From an uncultured Verrucomicrobiae bacterium (GTDB lineage: Bacteria > Verrucomicrobiota > Verrucomicrobiia > Limisphaerales > UBA11358): 64,000 nt of DNA. Positions 19,584 to 29,241 of this stretch are shown piece by piece (position 1 is the first letter of the stretch; every line of letters starts with the position of its first letter). Made by a program: the position numbers and the translations under genes. The stretch is from NCBI GenBank assembly GCA_963802515.1, contig CAWDIX010000003.1:91076-155075 (forward strand), in the 5' to 3' direction. The notes under the pieces were generated by a model that ran no database searches, was not told the origin of the DNA, and saw only the letters and a list, made by a program, of their open reading frames with translations.

Positions 19584-20270
19584 TTAATGGCTGGTGGCCT
19601 GGCTTTGTGACGCCGGGTTTTGCAGGTGGACCGTATCGCTCGTTCTTCCGCTACCGACCATGACTTCGACATTCGTCGCCGCCGTTTCCAGTTCAAACTG
19701 CAATTGCGCCACCCTGGCGGAGAAAAAGTTGAAGGGCACCAGCGAGAAGATGGCGATGGCCAGTCCGCAAGCCGTCGCAATCAACGCCTCGCCAATGCCG
19801 CCGGTCACACCCACCACGGACAGTTCCGCGCTGCCGATATTGAGAAAGGCGCGCATCAATCCGGTCACCGTGCCCAGCAAACCCAGCAACGGTGCAAGCG
19901 TAACCAGCGTGTCCATCACGGTGAGGAAACGTCCGGCGCGTTTGAGCTCAATGCCCGCCGCGAGTTGCAGCGCGCCGAGCAGGGAACTGTGTTTGCGATC
20001 CACATGGCCAAGGCCGTGATGAATCATGCGGATGACCGGGTCTTCCGCGCTTTCAGAAAGGCTCTTGGCGGCAGTGAGGTCGGAGTTTTCCAACGCGGCG
20101 AGGAGCTGTTCCAGTTTCTGCGGGTCGCGCCGGCGGCTTTCGCGCCACCACCAGAACCCGCGTTCGCCGACGACGGCGACGGCGACAATGGCGCTGACAA
20201 GAATCGGCCACATGACCGGGCCGCCTTTGAGGAAGAATTCAAGAACAATGTTTGCGAGGATGGGATTCAT
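19584..20270 (-). CDS. exbB: MotA/TolQ/ExbB proton-channel protein
   Basis: LAPLLGLLGTVTGLMRAF and GIGEALIATACGLAIAI, typical of ExbB. Confidence 0.9.
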   Translation of the reverse strand: MNPILANIVLEFFLKGGPVMWPILVSAIVAVAVVGERGFWWWRESRRRDPQKLEQLLAALENSDLTAAKSLSESAEDPVIRMIHHGLGHVDRKHSSLLGALQLAAGIELKRAGRFLTVMDTLVTLAPLLGLLGTVTGLMRAFLNIGSAELSVVGVTGGIGEALIATACGLAIAIFSLVPFNFFSARVAQLQFELETAATNVEVMVGSGRTSDTVHLQNPASQSQATSH

Positions 20271-20294
20271 AGGTTGAGTTTGGTTAGTGGAAGG

Positions 20295-20969
20295 TCAGTT
20301 CAGTTGCAGCAGGTAGGTGATGCTGGTTTCAAAAAGGCGGTTTCCTTCACCTGCCGGAAGCCGCCAATGGCGCTTGATGAAATCCACCGTGGCGTGGTCG
20401 AGGACGGGAAAGCCGGACGATTCCCTCACGTCAACGGAAATAATATTTCCCGCCGCGTCGCCGCCGAGCAGCAGTTTTACCGTGCCCTGTTCGCCGGTTT
20501 CCCGGGCAATCGGCGGATACGGCGGTTCGGGCCGGTCACCGCCCGCGCCGGTGTTGTTGAGTGAACCAATGCGCACCGGGGCTTCCTCAGGCGCGGACGC
20601 GAGCGCGGCGGGCGCGACCAGAGTGCCGACGGTCGGCACTCCGAAGTTGATATTCGGCGCGTTCGGCAGGGCAACGAGGACTCGCGGCTGAAGGTTTGCC
20701 TGCGCCATTTGCTCTTTTCTGACGGCGATTGCTTGCGGCGGTAACACCGTCGGCTGGATGACCACGGGAACGATTTCCCGGATTGGCGGGACCGGTTTGA
20801 TCGCGATGACGCCGCGCCGCGCGCCGAAAATGCCGATGGAAAGAAATAGGATGCAAACCGAATTCACCCAGGCGAGTCGCTGGTTGCGATCCCGGTTCGC
20901 TGGAGGAAGGCAGAACCGGGCCAACTCGTCTTTCAACTCGTAGCGGGGCAGGGTTCGATTTGCATCCAT
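20295..20969 (-). CDS. tonB: energy transducer TonB
   Basis: N-terminal TM, Pro-rich spacer, and C-terminal YPPIARETGEQGTVKLLL...VLDHATVDFIKRHWRLP. Confidence 0.85.
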   Translation of the reverse strand: MDANRTLPRYELKDELARFCLPPANRDRNQRLAWVNSVCILFLSIGIFGARRGVIAIKPVPPIREIVPVVIQPTVLPPQAIAVRKEQMAQANLQPRVLVALPNAPNINFGVPTVGTLVAPAALASAPEEAPVRIGSLNNTGAGGDRPEPPYPPIARETGEQGTVKLLLGGDAAGNIISVDVRESSGFPVLDHATVDFIKRHWRLPAGEGNRLFETSITYLLQLN

Positions 20970-20993
20970 GTTGGTCCTTGGCGAATAAGCATT

Positions 20994-23267
20994 TCAGAAC
21001 ACGTAACTGACCGAACCGAAGAACCCGAGGCGCTCGCCATACGATGCGGCGTTGACGCCTACGCCGCCGCCGTCGCGCAGCACATAACTGTTGTCGGTCA
21101 CGTTCACCACATCGAGCCGGGCCTTCAAAAATTGGCTCCTGCCAACTTTGAAACTCTGTTCCGCGCCGACGTTGACCGAGAAATAAGCGGGGACCGTCCC
21201 GCCATTGGGAATGTTTGAGCCGTCCGAGGCCGTGGCATCCGTTCGCAAACCACTGCCATAAAGCGCGTCCATATAAACGCGGGTGCTGGATTTGGGAGAT
21301 TCGTTCCAGGTATAAGCCGCGCCGAAAGAGCCGCTCACCGTCTGGTCGTGGTCCAGATAAATCCAGTTGTTCCTGACGTAAGCCAGGTCAGTGCCCGGAC
21401 CATCCGGCCCAAACAGGAACTGTGCTGAAGTCCATTCCTTGCCTTTCGCCACCGAACAGGCGACGTTGGCGTAAGCGGAGAAACCACCTTGGTTATAGGA
21501 ACCGGTAAATTCCACTCCATAGATTTCTCCCTTGGCGTAGTTGAACGCTGAGAGAATGAGCGTCTGCCCGAACAATCCGTCATCAAGCTGGTTCCGCGCA
21601 TACTTGTAATAGCCGTCCACGCCCAGTTGCAAATGCGTGCCGATTTTTTGCGAAATGCCGGCATCGAAATAATTCGCACGCTCGGCCTTGACGGGACTGT
21701 CCTGGTCGTTTCCGGTTGAACCCGACGTATTGTCGAATTGTGACACGGCGCCGGCTGGCACGTTTTCAACCGGCGGCGGCGTGAAGTAGCGCGCGTAGCC
21801 TGCGTGCAACGTCGTCGAATCCGTGGGCTGATAGATGAGGTTCACGCGCGGGCTGGGCTGGTTTTCCTTGTCGAAGGAGGAATAAAACTCGTCGAAGCGC
21901 GCGCCGTAATTGAGTGTGAGCTTGGGCAGGATTTTCCACTCATCCTGCACATACACGCCGGCAAAGATGCCGTGGAGGGTGTCGTTGTTCACAAATGGCG
22001 GCAACGGCCCGCCGGTGGGATTTCCGCTGCCGTCCACCGGAAAGACGGTGGTCGTCGCATTGGCTTGGACCATTTCGTCCAGAAACAGCACGCCGCCCCG
22101 GAATGTATGCTTGTCATTGAGTTCGTAGCTGGCGTCAACCTGGATTCCGCCGGAGTAAAGATCGCGTTTCACATCGCTGGCCTCGCCGTTGAAGAACAAA
22201 TCACCAACCGGATCGGGCGTGAAATGCACGCTGCTGTTGCGGCCAAAAACGGAGGCTTGAAAATTCAAATCGCCTGCCGATTTCTGATAGGTCACCACAC
22301 CGTAATAATTCTGTTCATTCTGGTTTTCGTTCAAGGCCGCCGAATCAAAAATCGTCGGTATTCCGCCACCTGAATACCACGGATTGCCGCCCGGCGCGGA
22401 GTAATTGGCCGGATCGTTCTGCAATCCCGGCGTGTTGGGCACCTGAAAATCACTGTAGGATGCGCTGCCCATCACAGTGACGCGGCTGGTGTCGTCAATG
22501 ATATAGGAACCATACAGGAACGTCTTGTATTGGTCCGTCTTGTCGTGAATGGCGTCGTGACTTGGGGTTGGATTTTCAATGCCCAGCGCGTTGTGGTCGT
22601 AACTGCCGTCAATGAAGTAATTCCATTTTCCCTGCGTGCCGCCATATTCAAAACTCGGCCGCAATGTGTCATAGCTGCCGCCATACATTTCCGCCGTGCC
22701 GCCGTTTTCAAACGCGCCGCTCTTGGTGTGGATGTCCACAACCCCGGCGGTGCGGAAACCATAAGCCGCCGGCAATGAACCGGTGATGAGTTGCATGGAT
22801 TCCACGAAACGCGGATCCAGTTCCAGTCCGAACCCCGTGATGCCTTCCGGCAACAGCACGTCGTTGATGCGATATTGCAGGTTCGCGTGTTCGCCGCGCA
22901 CGTGCAAATCGCCGCTGGCCTCGTTGTCCTGCGCCACGCCCGGTGCGCGCAGGATGACCTCGTTGAACGGCGCGTTGGCGCCCTGCGACAGGGTTTCGAT
23001 CTGTTCCTTGCTGAAGGTATGCGCCGTCGCGCCCAGGTCGGGAATGATCTGGTCCCGCGCCTGGTCCAATTTTCCAACGACGGTGATGTTGCCGAGCTGG
23101 GTGACGTTGGTTGAACCACCCGCCGCCGGGGAGCTGGCTCCAGTCATGCTGTTCGTCTGCGCCAGCACCGTCCCGCCACAGGACAACGCCACGACGGAAA
23201 TCACCGCCCAATACTTTTTTCTGCAATCTCGATTTTTTTTCTCTGCCAAAGCTTTCATAAATTTCAA
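20994..23267 (-). CDS. TonB-dependent outer-membrane receptor
   Basis: Signal peptide. Plug block LRAPGVAQDNEASGDLHVRGEHANLQYRINDVLLPEG. Long beta-barrel ending in an aromatic residue (..SVSYVF). Confidence 0.9.
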   Translation of the reverse strand: MKFMKALAEKKNRDCRKKYWAVISVVALSCGGTVLAQTNSMTGASSPAAGGSTNVTQLGNITVVGKLDQARDQIIPDLGATAHTFSKEQIETLSQGANAPFNEVILRAPGVAQDNEASGDLHVRGEHANLQYRINDVLLPEGITGFGLELDPRFVESMQLITGSLPAAYGFRTAGVVDIHTKSGAFENGGTAEMYGGSYDTLRPSFEYGGTQGKWNYFIDGSYDHNALGIENPTPSHDAIHDKTDQYKTFLYGSYIIDDTSRVTVMGSASYSDFQVPNTPGLQNDPANYSAPGGNPWYSGGGIPTIFDSAALNENQNEQNYYGVVTYQKSAGDLNFQASVFGRNSSVHFTPDPVGDLFFNGEASDVKRDLYSGGIQVDASYELNDKHTFRGGVLFLDEMVQANATTTVFPVDGSGNPTGGPLPPFVNNDTLHGIFAGVYVQDEWKILPKLTLNYGARFDEFYSSFDKENQPSPRVNLIYQPTDSTTLHAGYARYFTPPPVENVPAGAVSQFDNTSGSTGNDQDSPVKAERANYFDAGISQKIGTHLQLGVDGYYKYARNQLDDGLFGQTLILSAFNYAKGEIYGVEFTGSYNQGGFSAYANVACSVAKGKEWTSAQFLFGPDGPGTDLAYVRNNWIYLDHDQTVSGSFGAAYTWNESPKSSTRVYMDALYGSGLRTDATASDGSNIPNGGTVPAYFSVNVGAEQSFKVGRSQFLKARLDVVNVTDNSYVLRDGGGVGVNAASYGERLGFFGSVSYVF

Positions 23268-23402
23268 TGGTTAAAGTTTTCAAAACACTTCCGCGATTTT
23301 TTAAGGACTCACGCTTTGCCAGCGCCACGAGGCGCACACAAAGATTTGGTTACGGGAAACAACTTTCCGACGAAGCCGACAGCAGCGTCAGAAACCTATG
23401 AA

Positions 23403-23729
23403 TCAGGAAGCAACGCAGAGAAGGGGCGGAGCGCGTTCTGGAGGGAGATATTCAATGACCGCGCTGAATACAAAGAAATTGACAGACAGAGCCGTCTCAA
23501 ACCAAACCGTTGGTGCGGCAACGGGAACTTCACAGGTTACGGAATCAACTTTTCCATGCGCAAATATCGTGACCGCGCATTGATGGTCGGCATGATCCGC
23601 GTCTTTGTGAATCAGTTCATGCAACTCCGGGCATGCTGCCATCGCGTCGAGCAGAAACACCATGCCCACCAGCCAGGCGGCGAGAGCCGATCGGCCGAAC
23701 CGAAGGAAATGACTCGCTCTATATTGCAC
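23403..23729 (-). CDS. small His/Cys-rich membrane protein (start uncertain: GTG 23729, ATG 23663 or TTG 23861)
   Basis: TM SALAAWLVGMVFLLDAMAA followed by CPELHELIHKDADHADHQCAVTIFAHG. Lies 135 nt upstream of the receptor gene on the same strand. Confidence 0.5.
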   Translation of the reverse strand: MQYRASHFLRFGRSALAAWLVGMVFLLDAMAACPELHELIHKDADHADHQCAVTIFAHGKVDSVTCEVPVAAPTVWFETALSVNFFVFSAVIEYLPPERAPPLLCVAS

Positions 23730-23933
23730 AGCGTTGGCAATGTAGCAAACCGCTTGCCAGTAGCAAGCCTTGTTTCGAGAATTAAATGACAGACGCCTCA
23801 GCGCAGCGCCCCTGCCAGGAATGGATTTTGAATCCGTGCCAATTCGTGAAATCCATGCCAACCGGTTCCGTTTAACCCGCCAAATTTCCTTTCCTTCAAC
23901 CGCTTTCCGGTTATCCTACCGTGACCGATTTGA

Positions 23934-23984
23934 GATTAAGATTGGGATTAAGGGCAGGATTAAGATTGGAAGATTTTGATTAAG
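23934..23984 (+). repeat. four GATTAAG heptamers in the lepA leader
   Basis: GATTAAG at 23934, 23946, 23958 and 23978 (spacings 12, 12 and 20 nt), ending 11 nt before the lepA ATG. Confidence 0.8.
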
Positions 23985-23995
23985 AGGCACACGGG

Positions 23996-25786
23996 ATGGA
24001 CGCAGCGCATATCCGCAATTTCAGCATCATCGCCCATATTGACCATGGGAAGACGACGCTTTCCGACCGCCTGCTGCATCGCACCGGCACCATCTCGACG
24101 CGCGATATGGAGGACCAGTTGCTCGATTCCATGGACCTCGAAAAGGAACGCGGCATCACCATCAAGGCGCACCCGGTCACCATGCTCTACAAAGCCAAAA
24201 ACGGCGAGACCTACGAGTTGAACCTGATTGATACGCCGGGGCACGTGGATTTTTCCTACGAAGTATCGCGCAGCCTGAGCGCGTGCGAGGGGGCGTTGCT
24301 CGTGGTGGACGCGGCCCAGGGCGTCGAGGCCCAGACCGTTGCCAACGTCCACCTCGCGATGAAACAGAACCTCGAAATTATCCCCGTCATCAACAAGATT
24401 GACCTGCCACACGCCAACGTCGCCCAGGCCCGGCAGCAGCTCGAAGACATTCTGGCGATCCCCGGCGACACCGCGATTCCGTGCAGCGCGAAGGAAGGCA
24501 TCGGCATTGACGAAATCCTCGAGGCGATTGTGGCGCGGATTTCGGCGCCGAAACCGACGAACGCGCCGTCATTGCAGGCGCTGGGTTTCGATTCGTATTT
24601 TGACACCTTCAAGGGTGTCGTCACGCATGTGCGCGTGTTCAATGGCGAGTTGCGGGCCGGTCAACACGTGAAGCTGTTGCATTCGGGCAAAATGGTTGAA
24701 GTGAAGGAAGTTGGCAGCTTCAATCCCAAACCCTACGTCCGCGAGAAGCTGGAAACGGGCGAGACGGGCTACATCACGGCCAACATCAAGAGTCCGCAGG
24801 AAGTGAAGATGGGCGATACCATCACGGACGTGCGGCGGCCGTCAGAGGCGTTGCCGGGGTTCAAAGAAATCCACCCGATGGTGTTCAGCGGAATTTACCC
24901 CATCAACACGGCGGATTACGAGCATCTCAAGGTGGCCATGGGCAAATTGCAGCTCAACGACTCGGCGTTTGTGTATCAGGCGGAAACGAGTGTGGCGCTG
25001 GGGTTCGGTTTCCGGTGCGGTTTCCTCGGCTTGTTGCACCTTGAAATCGTCCAGGAACGCCTGCGACGCGAATACAACATGGACATCATCGCCACCTACC
25101 CGAGCGTAATTTATCGCGTGACGATGACGGACGGGACCGTGAAGGAGATTGACAACCCGGTGTTCCTGCCCGAACCGAATTACATTCAGAAAATCGAAGA
25201 GCCGACCGTCAAGGCGTTCGTCATCTGCCCGAATGAAAACATCGGCGACATGATGGCGTTGATCTCCGAGAAACGCGGTGTGCTGGACGACACGGAGACG
25301 CTGGACGCGCGGCGGGTGATGATGACGACCATGCTGCCGCTGAACGAAATCCTGATTGATTTTCACGACCGCATCAAAAGCATGACGCGCGGGTACGGCT
25401 CGATGGATTACGAGCACGCGGGTTATGCCCAGAGCGACATGATCAAGCTGGATATGCTGGTGAACAGCGAGGTGATGGACGCATTTTCGTCCATCGTGCA
25501 TCGGTCGAAGGCGGAGGGCAGGGGACGTGCGCTGGCGGAAAAGCTCAAGGAAGTAATTCCCCGACAGCAGTATCAGGTGAAAATCCAGGCGGCCATCGGC
25601 GGGAAAATCATTGCCTCCGAGCACGTGAGCGCGTTGCGCAAGGACGTGACGGCGAAGTGTTACGGCGGCGACATCACGCGCAAACGGAAATTGCTCGAGA
25701 AGCAAAAAGAGGGTAAAAAACGCATGAAATCCATCGGGAGCGTGAACATCCCGCAAGAAGCGTTCATTGAAGTATTAAAAGCATGA
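23996..25786 (+). CDS. lepA: translation elongation factor 4 (LepA)
   Basis: [33 protein letters not shown], and the LepA C-terminal domain. Confidence 0.97.
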   Translation: MDAAHIRNFSIIAHIDHGKTTLSDRLLHRTGTISTRDMEDQLLDSMDLEKERGITIKAHPVTMLYKAKNGETYELNLIDTPGHVDFSYEVSRSLSACEGALLVVDAAQGVEAQTVANVHLAMKQNLEIIPVINKIDLPHANVAQARQQLEDILAIPGDTAIPCSAKEGIGIDEILEAIVARISAPKPTNAPSLQALGFDSYFDTFKGVVTHVRVFNGELRAGQHVKLLHSGKMVEVKEVGSFNPKPYVREKLETGETGYITANIKSPQEVKMGDTITDVRRPSEALPGFKEIHPMVFSGIYPINTADYEHLKVAMGKLQLNDSAFVYQAETSVALGFGFRCGFLGLLHLEIVQERLRREYNMDIIATYPSVIYRVTMTDGTVKEIDNPVFLPEPNYIQKIEEPTVKAFVICPNENIGDMMALISEKRGVLDDTETLDARRVMMTTMLPLNEILIDFHDRIKSMTRGYGSMDYEHAGYAQSDMIKLDMLVNSEVMDAFSSIVHRSKAEGRGRALAEKLKEVIPRQQYQVKIQAAIGGKIIASEHVSALRKDVTAKCYGGDITRKRKLLEKQKEGKKRMKSIGSVNIPQEAFIEVLKA

Positions 25787-25863
25787 ACAAAAGCCGAAGT
25801 TTGATGGTCGAAGCACGAGGGCAGGGGACTGCTCTCCGGTCCGATCGGCTTTGGTTTGGCCCC

Positions 25864-25891
25864 CAACTCTCAACCCTCAACTTTCAACTAT
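25864..25891 (+). repeat. four tandem CAACYYT heptamers abutting the lepB start codon
   Basis: CAACTCT CAACCCT CAACTTT CAACTAT. The last unit overlaps the ATG at 25890. Confidence 0.8.
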
Positions 25892-27212
25892 GATCTTACG
25901 CTGGTTTACTTCCAAAGCCGTCCGCGACGCATGTGCGATGCGCAAGCATGTTTATCGCCTGTTTTCCGCGCAACGCGATTTGCTCTCGCCGATGGCGCTC
26001 GGCGCGATGCTCGCCGCCATGAACGCGTTGCAGGGGGCGATGGCCGAGAGCGCCAACACCGGCCGAATCCGGATCAAGGCCGAGGAACTTGAGTTTGCCG
26101 CCAACAAATGGCTCAAACCGTATCCGAACCCTGTCTGGCGTGAAAACGTCGAAGTGCTGCTGGTGGCAATTGGCGTGGCGATGGGCATTCGCACATTCTT
26201 CCTCCAACCATTCAAGATCCCGACCGGCTCGATGCAGCCGACGCTCTATGGAGTCCAGTCGGTCCCTGACTTCACCCGCATCGCGGGCGAAATCAACTCC
26301 GGATTGGAAGACAAAACCAGGATCCAGGCCGAAATTGACCGCCAATTCAGACTGCAGAACACCCTGACCATTCCCAACGGCTGGGAACAATTCAAGCAAT
26401 GGTTTCATGGAATTTCTTACGTCCACGTCGTCGCGCAGAACGAGGGGCCGATTACCGACATCAGCAAGATGCGGCGGTTCCTGATTTTTAACATCAAGCA
26501 GACCATCTGGGTCGGCGGCGTGGCGCACACGATGTGGTTTCCGCCGGACTATGGCGAAGAACCGATGGAGTATCGGTCCGGGTTGATGATGAAACATCTT
26601 CTGAATCCCGACCGCATATATCACAAGGGCGAGGACCTTGTGAAACTGCGGGTAAGCACCGGCGACCATTTGTTTGTGGACCGGTTTACCTACAATTTTC
26701 GCAAGCCGGAGCGCGGCGAAATTGTGGTGTTTGAAACCAGGGGAATTCCCGAGGAAGGCCGCGAAAGATTCAACATTCCGCCCAACGAATTTTACATCAA
26801 ACGTTTGGTGGGACTCGGCGGCGAGACGATTTCACTGGCAAAGGATTATGACGTTGTCGGCGCCCCGCCATACGGCGCCACCGTGCCGGTTGGCCACCTG
26901 GTGGTGAACGGCAGGCCGTTGTCCGCCGCGACGCCGCATTTTGAAAACCTCTACTCGTTTTCCAATCCACCGGCCCGCACGAATGTCCTGGAGTACCACG
27001 AAAACCAATACTACGGCCATGCGATGATGCAGAACCTTTCCCCGGGCAGCGAATTTCAGATCCGCCCGGATTACAATTTTGTGATGGGCGACAACACGAT
27101 GAACAGTCTCGATTCGCGGTACTGGGGCGATTTCCCGTCAACCAGCATCATCGGCAAATCCTTCTTCGTCTATTGGCCCATCACCAGCCGATTCGGATGG
27201 GGAAATCAATAA
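25890..27212 (+). CDS. lepB: signal peptidase I
   Basis: Ser box IPTGSMQPTL, Lys box GDHLFVDRF, YIKRLVGLGGE, GDNTMNSLDSRYWG. Confidence 0.92.
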   Translation: MILRWFTSKAVRDACAMRKHVYRLFSAQRDLLSPMALGAMLAAMNALQGAMAESANTGRIRIKAEELEFAANKWLKPYPNPVWRENVEVLLVAIGVAMGIRTFFLQPFKIPTGSMQPTLYGVQSVPDFTRIAGEINSGLEDKTRIQAEIDRQFRLQNTLTIPNGWEQFKQWFHGISYVHVVAQNEGPITDISKMRRFLIFNIKQTIWVGGVAHTMWFPPDYGEEPMEYRSGLMMKHLLNPDRIYHKGEDLVKLRVSTGDHLFVDRFTYNFRKPERGEIVVFETRGIPEEGRERFNIPPNEFYIKRLVGLGGETISLAKDYDVVGAPPYGATVPVGHLVVNGRPLSAATPHFENLYSFSNPPARTNVLEYHENQYYGHAMMQNLSPGSEFQIRPDYNFVMGDNTMNSLDSRYWGDFPSTSIIGKSFFVYWPITSRFGWGNQ

Positions 27213-27226
27213 ATGGTCAACACCCG

Positions 27227-28018
27227 ATGAGCGCAGTCAACGGCGAAACGGTACTCATCACCGGCGCTTCGTCGGGCATCGGCCTGGAACTGGCGCGTTG
27301 TTTTGCGGCGGACAAAAGCCGCCTGGTGCTCGTCGCACGCAATACCGAAGCCCTGCAATCCCTCGCCGCTGAATTGCGCCGCGGGTATGGAATCCAGGCG
27401 ACGGTGGTGACCGCCGACCTTTCCCGGCCGGAAACCCCGGCTCGCGTCTTCCACGAACTGCAGCACGCCGGCATCACGGTGGATGTTTTGGTGAACAACG
27501 CCGGTTTCGGCGCGCACGGCGAGTTTGCCGGGTTGCCGTTGCAGCGACAGTTGGAGATGATTCAGGTAAACGTCGCCTCATTGACGGACCTGACCGGGTT
27601 GTTTCTTCCCGGAATGATCGAACGCAAGCGAGGTGGCATGTTGAACGTCGGTTCCGTTGCCGGCTTTGTGTCCGGCCCCGGCATGGCGGTCTATTTCGCG
27701 ACCAAGGCTTATGTGCTATCCTTCACCGAGGCACTCGCCGGGGAACTTACTGGCACGGGATTGACGGTGACCGCGTTGTGTCCCGGCCCGACCACGACCA
27801 ATTTCGGCAATGTCGCCCGCGGTGAAAAGGAGCGCCAGTTCAAGGCGCCCAAAATGTCGGCGGCTGCGGTTGCCCGTTGCGGGCATCAGGCCTTTCGCAA
27901 GGGCAGGGTGCTGGCCATCCCCGGACTGCGCAATCATTTCCTCATTTCACTCACGCGCCTCACGCCGCGCCGGTTCCAACGAAACGTGGTCAAATCACTC
28001 AACCGAACCAGGAATTGA
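27227..28018 (+). CDS. SDR-family oxidoreductase
   Basis: TGASSGIGLE Rossmann motif, NNAG, and YFATK catalytic YxxxK. Confidence 0.9.
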   Translation: MSAVNGETVLITGASSGIGLELARCFAADKSRLVLVARNTEALQSLAAELRRGYGIQATVVTADLSRPETPARVFHELQHAGITVDVLVNNAGFGAHGEFAGLPLQRQLEMIQVNVASLTDLTGLFLPGMIERKRGGMLNVGSVAGFVSGPGMAVYFATKAYVLSFTEALAGELTGTGLTVTALCPGPTTTNFGNVARGEKERQFKAPKMSAAAVARCGHQAFRKGRVLAIPGLRNHFLISLTRLTPRRFQRNVVKSLNRTRN

Positions 28019-28133
28019 TCCACTGCGCTCGGGCAGGGCCTTGACCCTATGCATCCGGCCGTTGGCCATCTCTGGCTGGCAGGCGGTTTTTTTGGCGCGC
28101 GATTCGCCCACTTCAGACGCAGCGGATTTCCAG

Positions 28134-28829
28134 TTACCAACCCGAGGCCTGTCGACTCTTTCTCCAGATTACGCAAACGAAAGCGCCAGCAACGACTAAT
28201 AAGGCAGCGGCCGAAGGTTCCGGCACGGGTACTACGGTATCAAAGCTGAAATCATACACCGCGGTGCCAGAAGCGTCTGTGGTGCCTATGAACTGGACCG
28301 AGTGAATTCCAGGTGCAGAGACCTGTAAGGTTTCGCCACCGGTGTCTGAAGTTGTGAACGAAGTGAGCGGGTTGCCGTTGATATCGAATGCGTTGAGTGT
28401 GACATTAAGGCCGCTCCCAAAAATGTCGCAGCGCAGTGACACGAGATCCGTGGTTGCGGGTGTTGAAGGATTACCGGGGTCGAAAAAGGTGGCTACAATC
28501 GGATACGCCCCGCTATAAGTGAGATTCCCGCCGGGCGTGGAACCACCGATTCCATTCGTGCCGATGGTCAGGGCGCCCGCCAAATCCACGACCGCAACAT
28601 ATGGACTTCCCGAACTAAAACTAACTCCAAGGGTTGACAAGAACTGGTTGGAGAGTCTGGACTGGCCGGGTATTGGAGTTGCGGGCGCGCCGGCGTTTGG
28701 CATGCCGGGGATGGCGTCAAAATTAATGATGTCTAGCGCTTGCGCTGTGATGGCCGGAGCCAGGCAGCAAACAAAGACAATAATGGTTAACTGGAGGGGG
28801 TAACGATACTTTAGTGTTGTGGTTTTCAT
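28134..28829 (-). CDS. PEP-CTERM sorting-domain secreted protein
   Basis: Signal peptide. C-terminal VPVPEPSAAALLVVAGAFVCVIWRKSRQ (PEP motif, TM, basic cluster). Confidence 0.85.
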   Translation of the reverse strand: MKTTTLKYRYPLQLTIIVFVCCLAPAITAQALDIINFDAIPGMPNAGAPATPIPGQSRLSNQFLSTLGVSFSSGSPYVAVVDLAGALTIGTNGIGGSTPGGNLTYSGAYPIVATFFDPGNPSTPATTDLVSLRCDIFGSGLNVTLNAFDINGNPLTSFTTSDTGGETLQVSAPGIHSVQFIGTTDASGTAVYDFSFDTVVPVPEPSAAALLVVAGAFVCVIWRKSRQASGW

Positions 28830-29241
28830 AGTGAATGACCCGTTTCGTTTCTTTTTGTTTTAACGCACCAACAGCAATCAAACCCTGAAATGCGTTTGAC
28901 TCTGTTAGTAACCGGGGAAGATTTGTTAGCCAGTTTCCATTAAGATTTCAAGAAGCATTATTAATAGGGCAGGGCGTTTGCCCGGAAGATCTTCAGGACC
29001 TTGCGTTTTGGTCACTGCAATTACGGTGGCCGGCCAAGTGAAAATGTTCGCCGCTAGTCCTGTGTAATCATCGCACAAAAAGAAGGCGGTTTTCAGACGT
29101 TGGCCATTGCTACGTTCGAAGTGAGTAACATCGTAACACGCTTATGTACAATGGCATACACTAACCATTCTGCACACCATGACCCTCCATTGTTTCTGTG
29201 GCACGAAATTAGCGGCACGTGGCAATGCCTGAATGGGAATC

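Noticed and set aside
23268-23402. Cobalamin or other riboswitch, or a Fur/Zur box, in the leader of the TonB-dependent receptor
   Set aside because: No B12-box-like GCCACTG core and no obvious AT-rich palindrome was seen by eye. This cannot be excluded without a covariance-model or matrix scan.
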